Origin: Heptranchias perlo
Lineage: Eukaryota
Direction of reading: 5' to 3'
Assembly: GCF_035084215.1 (NCBI RefSeq)
Contig: NC_090344.1
Location: forward strand, 52,948,001-53,012,000
Length of the DNA stretch: 64,000 nucleotides
Made by a program: the position numbers and the translations under genes. Below the pieces are notes generated by a model. The model was not told where the DNA came from. It saw only the letters and a program-made list of their open reading frames with translations, and ran no database searches. Shown piece by piece: positions 47,340-61,400 of this stretch (position 1 is the first letter of the stretch; every line of letters begins with the position of its first letter).

Positions 47340-50020
47340 GTCTGCTTTTGTGGTGTTGGATCAGGATAAGTGTTGCCCAGGACACCAAGAGAACTCCCTG
47401 CCCTTGTTCGAATAGTGCCTTGGGACCTTTTAAATCCATCTGAACAGATGGCAGGGTCTCCGTTTAACATCTCATTCAAAATACAGCACCACCGACCATA
47501 CAACACTCCCTCAGTACTGTACCTCTGACCAAACAACACTCCCTCAGTACTGTACCTCTGACCAAACAACACTCCCTCAGTACAGCACCTCTGACCAAAC
47601 AACACTCCCTCAGTACTGTACCTCTGACCAAACAACACTCCCTCAGTACTGTACCTCTGACCAAACAACACTCCCTCAGTACTGTACCTCTGACCAAACA
47701 ACACTCCCTCAGTACTGTACCTCTGACCAAACAACACTCCCTCAGTACTGTACCTCTGACCAAACAACACTCCCTCAGTACTGTACCTCTGACCAAACAA
47801 CACTCCCTCAGTACTGTACCTCTGACCAAACAACACTCCCTCAGTACTGTACCTCTGACCAAACAACACTCCCTCAGTACTGTACCTCTGACCAAACAAC
47901 ACTCCCTCAGTACTGTACCTCTGACCAAACAACACTCCCTCAGTACTGTACCTCTGACCAAACAACACTCCCTCAGTACTGTACCTCTGACCAAACAACA
48001 CTCCCTCAGTACTGTACCTCTGACCAAACAACACTCCCTCAGTACTGTACCTCTGACCAAACAACACTCCCTCAGTACTGTACCTCTGACCAAACAACAC
48101 TCCCTCAGTACTGTACCTCTGACCAAACAACACTCCCTCAGTACTGTACCTCTGACCAAACAACACTCCCTCAGTACTGTACCTCTGACCAAACAACACT
48201 CCCTCAGTACTGTACCTCTGACCAAACAACACTCCCTCAGTACTGTACCTCTGACCAAACAACACTCCCTCAGTACAGCACCTCTGACCAAACAACACTC
48301 CCTCAGTACTGTACCTCTGACCAAACAACACTCCCTCAGTACTGTACCTCTGACCAAACAACACATCCTCAGTACTGTACCTCTGACCAAACAACACTCC
48401 CTCAGTACAGCACCTCTGACCAAACAACACTCCCTCAGTACTGTACCTCTGACCAAACAACACTCCCTCAGTACAGCACCTCTGACCAAACAACACTCCC
48501 TCAGTACAGCACCTCTGACCAAACAACACTCCCTCAGTACTGTACCTCTGACCAAACAACACTCCCTCAGTACTGTACCTCTGACCAAACAACACTCCCT
48601 CAGTACTGTACCTCTGACCAAACAACACTCCCTCAGTACTGTACCTCTGACCAAACAACACTCCCTCAGTACAGCACCTCTGACCAAACAACACTCCCTC
48701 AGTACAGCACCACCGACCATACAACACTCCCTCAGTACTGTACCTCTGACCAAACAACACTCCCTCAGTACAGCACCACCGACCATACAACACTCCCTCA
48801 GTACTGTACCTCTGACCAAACAACACTCCCTCAGTACAGCACCTCTGACCAAACAACACTCCCTCAGTACAGCACCACCGACCATACAACACTCCCTCAG
48901 TACTGTACCTCTGACCAAACAACACTCCCTCAGTACAGCACCACCGACCATACAACACTCCCTCAGTACTGTACCTCTGACCAAACAACACTCCCTCAGT
49001 ACTGTACCTCTGACCAAACAACACTCCCTCAGTACAGCACCTCTGACCAAACAACACTCCCTCAGTACTGTACCTCTGACCAAACAACACTCCCTCAGTA
49101 CTGTACCTCTGACCAAACAACACATCCTCAGTACTGTACCTCTGACCAAACAACACTCCCTCAGTACAGCACCTCTGACCAAACAACACTCCCTCAGTAC
49201 TGTACCTCTGACCAAACAACACTCCCTCAGTACTGTACCTCTGACCAAACAACACTCCCTCAGTACAGCACCTCTGACCAAACAACACTCCCTCAGTACA
49301 GCACCTCTGACCAAACAACACTCCCTCAGTACTGTACCTCTGACCAAACAACACTCCCTCAGTACTGTACCTCTGACCAAACAACACTCCCTCAGTACTG
49401 TACCTCTGACCATACAAGACTCAGTACTGTACCTCTGACCAAACAACACTCCCTCAGTACTGTACCTCTGACCATACAAGACTCAGTACTGTACTCCCAA
49501 CAGTACAAGACTCCCTTAGTATAGCACCTCTGACCAAACAACACTCCCTCAGTACTGTACCTCTGACCAAACAACACTCCCTCAGTACTGTACCTCTGAC
49601 CAAACAACACTCCCTCAGTACTGTACCCCTGACCAAACAACACTCCCTCAGTACTGTACCTCTGACCAAACAACACTCCCTCTACTGTACCTCTGACCAA
49701 ACAATACTCCCTCAGTACAGCACCTCTGACCAAACAACACTCCCTCAGTACTGTACCTCTGACCAAACAACACTCCCTCTACTGTACCTCTGACCAAACA
49801 ACACTCCCTCAGTACTGTACCTCTGACCAAACAACACTCCCTCTACTGTACCTCTGATCATGCAACGCTCCCTCAGTACGTCATGTCCAACAGTGCAGTG
49901 CTTCCTCAATAGTGCACTGGAGTGTCAGTCTCCATTATGTGCTTCAGTCCTGGAGTGGGGCTCAACACCAAACCTGACTCAAGACGTAAGAGTGGTACCT
50001 ACTGAGCCAAACTGACAGGA
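47340..50020 (-). mobile_element. DeuSINE copy whose interior expanded into a minisatellite
   Basis: 47340-47490 and 49870-50020 match consecutive parts of the SINE at 6250-6475 plus the tRNA head. Confidence 0.75.
47483..49880. repeat. 33-bp minisatellite, ~72 copies
   Basis: Unit caacactccctcagtactgtacctctgaccaaa; 11-aa periodicity in the ORF track. Confidence 0.98.
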
Positions 50021-50164
50021 ACATTGATGCATGCAGAGTGTTTACATGAATAGCAGCAAACACCTTTTCCATGTCTGATTTAGTAAAGGTAGAAGTCGGG
50101 CTTGAACCAACAGAATCACCGTTCACTCTCGTGTTTCCTTCTTCGCCTGTTTGGCTGTCCCTTT

Positions 50165-50655
50165 GTCCCTCTCTGTCTCCCTCCCTCTCTGTCTCCCTCC
50201 CTCTCTGTCTCCCTCCCTCTCTGTCTCCCTCCCTCTCTGTCTCCCTCCCTCTCTGTCTCCCCTGCTCTCTTTCTCCCCTGCTCTCTGTCTCACCCCCCCA
50301 TGTCGCCTCCCCCCAACACCCAGGCCACCTCCCTCCCTCCCCCCCCCGTGNNNNNNNNNNNNNNNNNNNNNNNNNNNNNNNNNNNNNNNNNNNNNNNNNN
50401 NNNNNNNNNNNNNNNNNNNNNNNNNNNNNNNNNNNNNNNNNNNNNNNNNNNNNNNNNNNNNNNNNNNNNNNNNNNNNNNNNNNNNNNNNNNNNNNNNNNN
50501 NNNNNNNNNNNNNNNNNNNNNNNNNNNNNNNNNNNNNNNNNNNNNNNNNNNNNNNNNNNNNNNNNNNNNNNNNNNNNNNNNNNNNNNNNNNNNNNNNNNN
50601 NNNNNNNNNNNNNNNNNNNNNNNNNNNNNNNNNNNNNNNCCTCCCTCTGTCTGTG
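50165..50655. repeat. (ctccctccctctctgt)n tract and N gap 50351-50639
   Basis: Directly visible. Confidence 0.9.
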
Positions 50656-50877
50656 TCACCATTCACATTTTCGCTTTCTCTTTCTTTGACGGTCTGTGTC
50701 TCTCACTTCACTCTCTACCTTTCTGAGATAAAAACAATGCAGTTTCTGTATTACATCTTAGTTTTAATACCCAAGCTTATTAAATATGCCACTGTACCTA
50801 TCTGGTATACAAACAGTGTATCAGTTCTTGCTTTTAACAGTGCAACATTTAATCATTTGATATTTTTTCTCTTTCAG

Positions 50878-50949
50878 ATCATTGGAAAACAACAATCTTC
50901 TGGCACTTCCCAGAGACATCTTCATGAACCTTAATGTTTTGACACATTT
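50878..50949 (+). CDS. LGI3: LGI3 exon 5 (72-bp LRR exon)
   Basis: tttcAG|..|GTgagc; SLENNNLLALPRDIFMNLNVLTH(L). Confidence 0.94.
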
Positions 50950-51602
50950 GTGAGCGATTTGTTTATTCATCCTTTGAAGATTGCAGTGGTATTCCATAAA
51001 GAACAGAATCCAACAGTGATATGGAGTGAAATTGCGCGATGCAATATTACCATGTTCAGATGCTAATATTGCTGAGCACGATTTCACCTCAACAGAGAAT
51101 TTTGGAAGATACAGAATTAGCAATAATCCTGTAATGTAAAGGAAATGTTTAAATTATATTGTTATAGTATGTAGCAAAATGGTAGCTTAGAATCATTTTA
51201 CTGTGACTTTGGCAGCCTCTTCTTTCTTGGTAAAGACAGATGCAAAATACTCATTTAGTACCTCAGCCATGCCCTCTGCCTCCATGAGTAGATCTTCTTT
51301 TTGGTCCCTAATCAACCCCATCCCTCCCCTTACTACCCGTTTACTATTTATATGCCTATAGAAGACTTTTGGATTCCCTCTTATGTTGGCCGCCAGTCTA
51401 TTTTCATACTCTCTCTTTGCCCCTTTTATTTCCTTTTTCACTTCCCCTCTGTACTTTCTATATTCAGCCTGGTTCTCACTTGTATTATCAACCTGACATC
51501 TGTCATACACCCCTTTTTCTGCTTCACCTTACTCTCTCTATCTCTTTCATCATCCAGAGAGCTCTGGCTTTAGTTGCCCTACCTTTCCCCCTCATAGGAA
51601 TG

Positions 51603-51804
51603 ATGTGGAGATGCCGGTGATGGACTGGGGTGGACAAATGTAAGGAATCTTACAACACCAGGTTATAGTCCAACAGTTTTATTTGAAAATCACAAGCTTT
51701 CGGAGGCTTTCTCCTTCGTCAGGTGACGAAGGAGAAAGCCTCCGAAAGCTTGTGATTTTCAAATAAAACTGTTGGACTATAACCTGGTGTTGTAAGATTC
51801 CTTA
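51603..51804. mobile_element. Perfect palindromic Penelope pLTR insertion with hammerhead motif (51690-51726, -)
   Basis: 81-bp arms 51641-51721 / 51724-51804, 2-nt spacer; TSD ataggaatg (51594-51602, 51804-51812). Confidence 0.92.
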
Positions 51805-52371
51805 TAGGAATGTACCTAGACTGTACCCAAACCATCTCCTCTTTAAAGGCCGCCCATTGTTCAAAACAGTTTTGCCTGCCAATCTTCGATTCCAATTTAC
51901 CCGGGCCAGATCCGTTCTCAACCCACTGAAATTGGCCCTCCTCCAATTAAGTATTTATACTCTAGATTGCTCCTTGTCCTTTTCCATAGCTAATCCAAAC
52001 CTTATGATACTATGATCACTGGTCCCTAAATGTTTCCCCACTGGTACTTGCTCCACTTGACCCACCTCATTCCCTAGAACCAAATCTAGCAATGCCTCCT
52101 TCCTCATTGGGCCAGAAACATACTGGTCAAGAAAGTTCTCCTGAACGCACTTCAGAAATTCTTCTCCCTCTCAGCCCTTTACACTATTACTATCCCTATC
52201 TATATTAGGATAATTGAAGCCCCCCATTATCACAATCTATGGTTCTTGCACCTTTCTGTAATTCATTGCAAATTTGCTCCTCTATCCTTCCCACTAGTTG
52301 GTGGCCAATAGAATACACCCAGTAGTGTAATGGCACCTCTATTGTTTCTTAACTCTAACCAAATAGATTCT

Positions 52372-52773
52372 AATAATTTTATTTTAAAATCACTAGCTTT
52401 CGGAGATTACCCCCTTCGTCAGGTGAGTGAGTGTCCCCGCGAGGACATTGGTCCCAGCTCTGTTGATGTGTAACCCATCCGGCCTGTCCAGGTCCCACCT
52501 CCCCCAGAACTTGTCCCAGTGCCCCAGTAATCTAAAGCCCTCCCTCCTGCACCATCTCTGCAGCCATGCACTCACCTGCTCTATCCTCCTATTACTATAC
52601 TCACTAGCGCGTGGCACCGGGAGTAATGCGGAGATTACTACTCACTCACTCACCTGACGAAGGGGATAATCTCTGAAAGCTTGTGATTTTAAAATAAAAT
52701 TGTTGGACTATAACCTGGTGTTGTAAGATTCCTTACATTTGTCCACCCCAGTCCATCACCGGCATCTCCACAT
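52372..52773. mobile_element. Composite insertion: inverted Penelope pLTR pieces flanking ~210 bp of CR1 ORF1; hammerhead motifs at 52390-52426 (-) and 52650-52686 (+)
   Basis: TSD caaatagattct (52360-52371, 52774-52785); inner 52434-52642 matches ~53231-53439. Confidence 0.88.
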
Positions 52774-55015
52774 CAAATAGATTCTGTCCTTGACCCCTCC
52801 AGGACATCCTCTCTCTCCAGCACTGCAATATTCTTCTTAATCAATGCTGCCTCCTTTCTTTCCTTCCCTATCTTTCCTGAACACCTTGGATCCAGGAATA
52901 TTCAGTTATCAATCCTGCCCTTTTTTGAGCAAGGTCTCCGTTATTGTCACAACATCGTATTCCCATGTAGCTAATTGCGCCTGCAACTCACCAACCTTAT
53001 TTACCATGCTTCATGCGTTTACACACATGCACTGTAAACCAGTCTTAGATCTTCTTGTACTCTCTCTTAGTCTGATCCCACCTAATACTGTACTATTTCT
53101 TATTCTAGTGCTATCTTTCTCCCCCAATCCTTTGTGCACCTTGTTTCTCCTTTCCAATGCTACATCCTGGTGTCCATCCCCCTGCCAAACTAGTTTAAAC
53201 CCTCCCCCCACCACACAGCACCAGCGAACCTCCCCACGAGGACATTGGTCCCAGCTCTGTTGAGGTGTAACCCGTCCGGCCTGTCCAGGTCCCACCTCCC
53301 CCAGAACTTGTCCCAATGCCCCAGTAATCTAAAGCCCTCCTTCCTGCACCATCTCTGCAGCCACGCACTCATCTGCTCTATCCTCCTATTTCTATACTCA
53401 CTAGCACGTGGCACCGGGAGTAATCCGGAGATTACTACTTTTGAGGTCCTGCTTATTAATCTCTTTCCTAGCTCCCTAAAATCTGCCTGCAGGACCTCAT
53501 CCCTCTTTCTACCTATGTCGTTGATACTGATATGGACCACGACCTCTGGCTGTTCACCCTCCCCTTCCAGAATGTTCTGCAGCCACTCAGTGATATCCTT
53601 GACCCTGGCACCAGGGAGGCAACATACCATCCTGGAATCGTGTCTGCGACCGCAGAAACGCCTGTCTTCTTCCCTAACGATAGAATCCCCTATCACTATT
53701 GCTCTCCTGACCTTCCTCCTCTGCCCGCCCACCACCTCGTACAGCTGAGCCACCCATGGTGCTGTGGACTTGGCTCTGACTGCACTCCCCAGAGGAACCC
53801 TCTCCCTCACCAGTATTCAGAACCGGTTAGAGAGTTGAGGCTATCGTCTGAGCTCTGGGTACTGCCCCGATTGTTAATTGGTAAATCAGTGTTCACCCCA
53901 GTCACTAGACAATGCAACCTTGTGCACCAGCCTCTGCACACAGCAAAATAAAACAGCGACCGATTTCATGAGAAACTTTGGCAGATTCTCCCAGTTTCCA
54001 TAAGGCAATCAAGCTACATGACCATGAATGTCCATAACACACCACTGAGTGACTCACAGTCTTCCTTCAAAAGCTCCAAAATGCCTGGGCTGAGCCTTCA
54101 ACACACTAGGTCCAGTGGTGTGAATATGTATCCATAACCAGTAAGTCAAAAGCAAAATACTGCAGATGCTGGAAATCTGAAATAAAAATGTTTTTATTTG
54201 TATCCATAAGCAGGTTTGGCAACATACGAAGAATGAAATTATCTCTTGGGCGACATATTTGTGGTCAAACTGCCTATTTCCTGCAGTTTGTCCCGGATTC
54301 ATCCACAGCTGTGGGATGAAACACTTATTGGGGTAGATTTTTGACTTCACGCCCTGGGTGCTAATCTGTTGGAGCACATCATCCGCCCTTCATAGAACCA
54401 ATGGGATGAAAATCAGGCAGGTTCTTTTCGGAGCAGACGAAGCTCCAACAGGTTACCACCCAGGGAGTGACAATGAAAATCTACCCCAATATTTTCAATT
54501 AAATGGAAGGATTTTTTCCCTCTCCACCCCTCATCTCTGAAGACATTGATTCACTAGATTGCAGTTCCATGTGAAGTAGTTACACTCTTGTGTCTCACTC
54601 AAGTGCCACCCATGCATGTATGAGCTTTAACGGCGAGTCCCAATGAGTTTCCTGACTGGCAGATAATCACATCTTCATTCTGTGTCCACACACTCGGGAT
54701 TCTTGTTAGGGTCACTACATAGCATCCAGGAGTGGGAACCCTGGACAAGATTCCCTTCCGAACACATGGGCACGGCGATCAACTGTACTGCCCCAACTCA
54801 GAGCAGGATTCAAACTTCAAACTTTCCAGCTCTGTCGGACTAAGACATGGAGAACTTGCCTCTGAGCCATTGGGACACTTCAACACTTGACATTTCAATA
54901 GCACACACTATTTACAAAGTGCTTTCATTGTACTGAAAATATAAACATGTCAAGTGCTTGAACGAAATCGAATTTTTTTTGCACAACTCAACTTGAACTT
55001 CTTGATCCTTTGCAG

Positions 55016-55185
55016 AGATCTCCGAGGTAATACTTTCCATTGTGACTGTAAAGTGAAATGGCTGATAGAATGGCTACAGATGACTAACACGACAGTACCT
55101 CCTGTGTACTGTGCCAGCCCAGCCAGATATCAGGGTCACAAGATACCCAACCTGGCAATCAAGGACTTTGACTGCATCACCACAG
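55016..55185 (+). CDS. LGI3: LGI3 exon 6 (170 bp, LRRCT); EPTP exons lie beyond the window
   Basis: tgcAG|..|GTctgc; [56 protein letters not shown]; CDCKVKWL and TNTTV..YCASP match LGI3 better than LGI1/2/4 as recalled. Confidence 0.93.
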
Positions 55186-55462
55186 GTCTGCATGTAATTC
55201 GACAAGTGTGAAACTCTCCAGAAATGTTGACAGTTTCGATGTTGATTGGCTTTGTGCATTCCTCTGCATCAGTCTGCCATTTCAGGGAATCAATGCCAAA
55301 ATGTGAGACAGGCTTTTTGAGTTCTCTCTCTTCTAAACATTAATCCCTTCAGGACTGCAGTGCTATTTTACTGAATTCAGCATGAGAATATACAGTGAGG
55401 CAGAATGATTAATGGAAGATCAGGAGTCAGCATCAAGCTGCAACTTAATTTAAAAGTCAATA

Positions 55463-58400
55463 GGAATGTTTGATGGGACAGTGCATACGGAGCTTTACAC
55501 TGTATCGAACCCGTGCTGCACCTGCCCTGGGACTGTTTGATGGACAGTGCAGAGGGAGCTTTATTCTGTATCTAACCTGTGTTGCACCTGCCCTGGGAGT
55601 TTTTGATGGGACAGTGTAGAGGGAGCTTTACTCTGAATCTAACCTGTGCTGTACCTGCCCTGGGAGTGTTTGGGACAGTGTAGATGGAGCTTTACATTGT
55701 ATCTAACCCGTGCTGTACCTGCCCTGGGAATGTTTGATGGGACAGTGCAGAGGGAGCTTTACTCTGTTTCGAACCCGTGCTGTACCTGCCCTGGGAGTGT
55801 TTGATGGGACTGTGCAGAGGGAGCTTTACTCTGTATCTAACCTGTGCTGTAGCTAACCTGGGAGTGTTTGGGACAGTGCAGAGGGAGCTTTACTCTGTAT
55901 CTAACCTGTGCTGTACCTACCCTGGGAGCGTTTGATGGGGCAGTGTAGAAGGAGCTTTACTCTGTATCTAACCCATACTGTACCAGCACTGGGAGTGTTT
56001 GATGGGACAGTGCAGAGGGAGCTTTACTCTGTATCCATGCCGTGCTGTTCCTGCCCTGGGAGTGTTTGATGGTACAGTGTAGAGGGAGCTTTATTCTGTA
56101 TCCAACCTGTGCTGTTCCTGCCCTGGGAGTGTTTGGGACAATGTAGAGGGAGCTTTACACTGTATCTGAGCTGTGCTGTACCTGCCCTGGGAGTGTTTGA
56201 CGGGACAGTGTAGAGGGAGCTTTACTCTGTATCTAACCCGTGCTGTACCTGCCCTGGGAGTGTTTGATGGGACAGTGTAGAGGGAGCTTTACTCCATATC
56301 TAACCCTGTACCTGTCCTGGGAGTGTTTGATGGGACAGTGGAGAGGGAGCTTTACTCTGTATCTAACCTGTGCTGTACTGACCCTGGGAGTGTTTGGGAC
56401 AGTGCAGACGGAGCTTTACTCTGCATCTAACCCGTACTGTACCAGCTCTGGGAGTGTTTGATGGGACAGTTAAGAGGGAGCTGTGCTCTGCATCCAATCC
56501 GTGCTGCACCTGCCCTGGGAGTGTTTGATGGGACAGTGTAGAGGGAGCTTTACTCTGCATCGAACCCGTGCTGTACCTGTCCTGGGAGTGTTTGATGGGA
56601 CAATATAAAGGGAGCTTTACTCTGCATCTAACCTGTGCTGTATCTGCCCTGGGAGTGTTTGACGGGACAGTGTAGAGGGAGCTTTACTCTTTATCTAACC
56701 CGTGCTGTTATTGCCCCTGGGAGTATTTGATGGGACAGTGCAGAGGGAGCTTTACTCTGTATCTAACCCGTGCTGTACCTGCCATGGGAGTGTTTGATCG
56801 GAGGGTGAAGAGGGAGCTTTACTCTGTATCTAACCTGTGCTGCACCTGCCCAGGGAGTGTTTGATGGGACAGTGTGGAGGGAGCTTTACTCTATCTAACC
56901 CGTGCTGTTCCTGCCCTGGGAGTGTTTGATGGAACAGTGTTGAGGGAGCTTTACTCTGTATCTAACCTGTGCTGTATCTGCCCTGGGAGTGTTTGATGGG
57001 ACAGTGTAGAGGGAGCTTTATTCTGTATCCAACCTGTGCTGTTCCTGCCCTGGGAGTGTTTGGGACAATGTAGAGGGAGCTTTACTCTGCATTTAACCCG
57101 TGCTGTTCCTGCCCTGGGAGTGTTTGGGACAGTGTAGAGGGAGCTTTACTCTGTATCCAACCCGTGCTGTATCTGCCCTGGGAGTGTTTGATGGGACAGT
57201 GTAGAGGGAGCTTTACTCTGCATTTAACCCGTGCTGTTCCTGCCCTGGGAGTGTTTGATGGGACAGTGTAGAGGGAGCTTTACTCTGTATCTAACCCGTG
57301 CTGTACCTGCCCTGGGAGTGTTTGATGGGACAGTGTAGAGGGAGCTTTACTCCATATCTAACCCTGTACCTGTCCTGGGAGTGTTTGATGGGACAGTGGA
57401 GAGGGAGCTTTACTCTGTATCTAACCTGTGCTGTACTGACCCTGGGAGTGTTTGGGACAGTGCAGACGGAGCTTTACTCTGCATCTAACCCGTACTGTAC
57501 CAGCCCTGGGAGTGTTTGATGGGACAGTTAAGAGGGAGCTGTGCTCTGCATCCAATCCGTGCTGCACCTGCCCTGGGAGTGTTTGATGGGACAGTGTAGA
57601 GGGAGCTTTACTCTGCATCGAACCCGTGCTGTACCTGTCCTGGGAGTGTTTGATGGGACAATATAAAGGGAGCTTTACTCTGCATCTAACCTGTGCTGTA
57701 TCTGCCCTGGGAGTGTTTGACGGGACAGTGTAGAGGGAGCTTTACTCTGTATCTAACCCGTGCTGTTCCTGCTCCGGGAGTGTTTGATGGGACAGTGTAG
57801 AGGGAGCTTTACTCTGTATCTAACCTGTGCTGCACCTGCCCAATGAGTGTTTGATGGGACAGTGTGGAGGGAGCTTTACTCGATCTAACCCGTGCTGTTC
57901 CTGCCCTGGGAGTGTTTGATGGGACAGTGTTGAGGGAGCTTTACTCTGTATCTAACCTGTGCTGCACCTGCCCAATGAGTGTTTGATGGGACAGTGTGGA
58001 GGGAGCTTTACTCGATCTAACCCGTGCTGTTCCTGCCCTGGGAGTGTTTGATGGGACAGTGTTGAGGGAGCTTTACTCTGTATCTAACCTGTGCTGTATC
58101 TGCCCTGGGAGTGTTTGATGGGACAGTGTAGAGGGAGCTTTACTCTGCATTTAACCCGTGCTGTTCCTGCCCTGGGAGTGTTTGATGGGACAGTGCAGAG
58201 GGAGCTTTACTCTGCATCTAACCCCTGCTGCACCTGCCCTTGGAATTTTTGTTGGGACAGTGTAAAGGGAGCTTTACTCTGTATCCAACCCGTGCTGTTC
58301 CTGCCCTGGGAGTGTTTGATGGGACAGTGTAGAGGGAGCTTCACTCTGCATCTAACCCGTGCTATACCTGCCCTTGGAATTTTTGTTGGGACAGTGTAAA

Positions 58401-61400
58401 GGGAGCTTTACTCTGTATCTAACCCGTGCTGTTCCTGCCCTGGGAGTGTTTGATGGGACAGTGTGGACAGAGCTTTACTCTGTATCTAACCCGTACTGCA
58501 CCTGCCCTGGGAGTGTTTGATGGGACAGTGTTGAGGGAGCTTTACTCTGTATCTAACCTGTGCTGTACTGACCCTGGGAGTGTTTGGGACAGTGCAGACG
58601 GAGCTTTACTCTGCATCTAACCCGTACTGTACCAGCACTGGGAGTGTTTAATGGGACAGTGAAAAGGGAGCTTTACTCTGTATCTAACCCGTGCTGTTCC
58701 TGCCCTGGGAGTGTTTGATGGGACAGTGCAGAGGGAGCTTTACTCTGCATCTAACCCGTGCTATACCTGCCCTTGGAATTTTTGTTGGGACAGTGTAAAG
58801 GGAGCTTGACTCTGTATCTAACCCTGCTGTTCCTGCCCTGGGAGTGTTTGATGGGACAGTGTGGACAGAGCTTTACTCTGTATCTAACCCGTGCTGCACC
58901 TGCCCTGGGAGTGTTTGATGGGACAGTGTTGAGGGAGCTTTACTCTGTATCTAACCTGTGCTGTACTGACCCTGGGAGTGTTTGGGACAGTGCAGACGGA
59001 GCTTTACTCTGCATCTAACCCGTACTGTACCAGCACTGGGAGTGTTTGATGGGACAGTGAAAAGGGAGCTTTACTCTGTATCTAACCCGTGCTGTTCCTG
59101 CCCTGGGAGTGTTTGATGGGACAGTGCAGAGGGAGCTTTACTCTGCATCTAACCCGTGCTATACCTGCCCTTGGAATTTTTGTTGGGACAGTGTAAAGGG
59201 AGCTTTACTCTGTATCTAACCCGTGCTGTTCCTGCCCTGGGAGTGTTTGATGGGACAGTGTGGACAGAGCTTTACTCTGTATCTAACCCGTGCTGCACCT
59301 GCCCTGGGAGTGTTTGATGGGACAGTGTTGAGGGAGCTTTACTCTGTATCTAACCTCTGCTGTACTGACCCTGGGAGTGTTTGGGACAGTGCAGACGGAG
59401 CTTTACTCTGCATCTAACCCGTACTGTACCAGCACTGGGAGTGTTTGATGGGACAATGTCGAGGGAGCTTTACTCTGTATCTGATCTGTGCTGTATCTGC
59501 CCTGGGAGTGTTTGACGGGACAGTGCAGAGGGAGCTTTACTCTGTATCTAACCCATGCTGTACCTGCCCTGGGAATGTTTGATGGGACTGTGTCGAGGGA
59601 GCTTTACTCTGTATCTAACCCATACTGTACCAGCACTGGGAGTGTTTGATGGGACAGTGAAAAGGGAGCTTTACTCTGCATCCAACCCGTGCTGTTCCTG
59701 CCCCTGGGAGTGTTTGATGGGACAGTGTAGAGGGAGCTTTGCTCTGTATCTAAGCCGTGCTGTACCTGCCCTGGGAATTTTTGTTGGGACAGTGTGGAGG
59801 GAGCTTTACTCTGTATCTAACCTGTGCTGTACCTACCCTGGGAGAGTTTGGGACAGTGCAGAGGGAGCTTTACTCTGCGTCTAACCTGTTCTGTACCAGC
59901 ACTGGGAGTGTTTGATGGGACAGTGAAAAGGGAGCTTTACTCTGTGTCTAACCCGTGCTGTACCTGCCCTGGGAGTGTTTGATGGGACAGTGTAGAGGGA
60001 GCTTTATTCTGTATCTAACCCGTGCTGCACCTGCCCTGGGAGTGTTTGATGGGACAGTGTCGAAGGAACTTTACTCTGCATTTATCCCGTGCCGTTCTTG
60101 CCCTGGAAGTGTTTGATGGGACAGTGTAGAGGGAGCTTTACTTTGTATCTAACGCATGCTGTACCTGCCCTGGGAGTGTTTGATGGGGCAGTGTAGAGGG
60201 AGCTTTACTTCGTATCTAACGCATGCTGTACCTGCCCTGGGAGTGTTTGATGGGGCAGTGTAGAGGGAGCTTTGCTTTGTATCTAACGCATGCTGTACCT
60301 GCCCTGGGAGTGTTTGATGGGACAGTGTAGAGGGAGCTTTACTCTGGATCTAACCTGTGCTGTACCTGCCCTGGGAATGTTTGATGGGAGGGTGTAGAGG
60401 GAGCTTTACTCTGCATCTAACCCATGCTGTTCCTGCCCTGGGAGTGTTTGATGGGACAGTGTGGACAGAGCTTTACTCTGTATCGAACCCGTGCTGCACC
60501 TGCCCTGGGAGTGTTTGATGGGACAGTGTTGAGGGAGCTTTACTCTGTATCTAACCCGTGCTGCACTGACCCTGGGAGTGTTTGATGGGACAGTGTCGAG
60601 GGAGCTTTACTCTGCATCTAACCCGTACTGTACCAGCACTGGGAGTGTTTGATGGGACAGTGAAAAGGGAGCTTTACTCTGTATCTAACCCGTGCTGTTG
60701 CTGCCCTGGGAGTGTTTGATGGGACAGTGTAGAGGGAGCTTTACTCTGTATCTAACCCATACTGTACCAGCACTGGGAGTGTTTGATGGGACAATGTCGA
60801 GGGAGCTTTACTCTGTATCTGATCTGTGCTGTATCTGCCCTGGGAGTGTTTGACGGGACAGTGTAGAGGGAGCTTTACTCTGCATCTAACCTGTACTGTA
60901 CCAGCACTGGGAGTGTTTGATGGGACAGTGTCGAGGGAGCTTTACTCTGTATCTAACCCGTGCTGTACCTGCCCTGGGAATGTTTGATGGGACTGTGTAG
61001 AGGGAGCTTTACTCTGTATCTAACCCGTGCTGTACCTGCCCTGGGAGTGTTTGATGGGACAGTGTGGAGGGAGCTTTACTCTGTATCTAACCCGTGCTGT
61101 ACCCGCCCTGGGAATTTTTGTTGGGACAGTGTGGAGGGAGCTTTACTCTGTATCTAACCTGTGCTGTTCCTGCCCTGGTAGTGTTTGATGGGACAGTGTA
61201 GAGGGAGCTTTACTCTGTATCTAACCCGTGCTGTACCTGCCCTGGGAGCGTTTGATGGGACAGTGCAGAGGAAGCTTTGCACTGTATCTAACCCGTGCTG
61301 CACCTGCCCTGGGAGCGTTTGATGGGGCAGTGTAGAGGGAGCTTTACTGTGTATCCAACCCGTGCTGTTCCTGCCCCTGGGAGTGTTTGATGGGACAGTG

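Larger units (their letters stand above)
51195..53825 (-). mobile_element. CR1 5' half: ORF1 SGNH/GDSL esterase and N-terminal ORF2, with two Penelope insertions
   Basis: ORF 53190..53810 IVIGDSIVR, CLPGA, NDIG, DGLHLN; ORF 51193..51510 LNEYFASVFT. Confidence 0.92.

Noticed and set aside
47324-49479. 697-aa and 667-aa repetitive ORFs
   Set aside because: By-product of a stop-free 33-bp unit derived from a SINE; antisense within an intron
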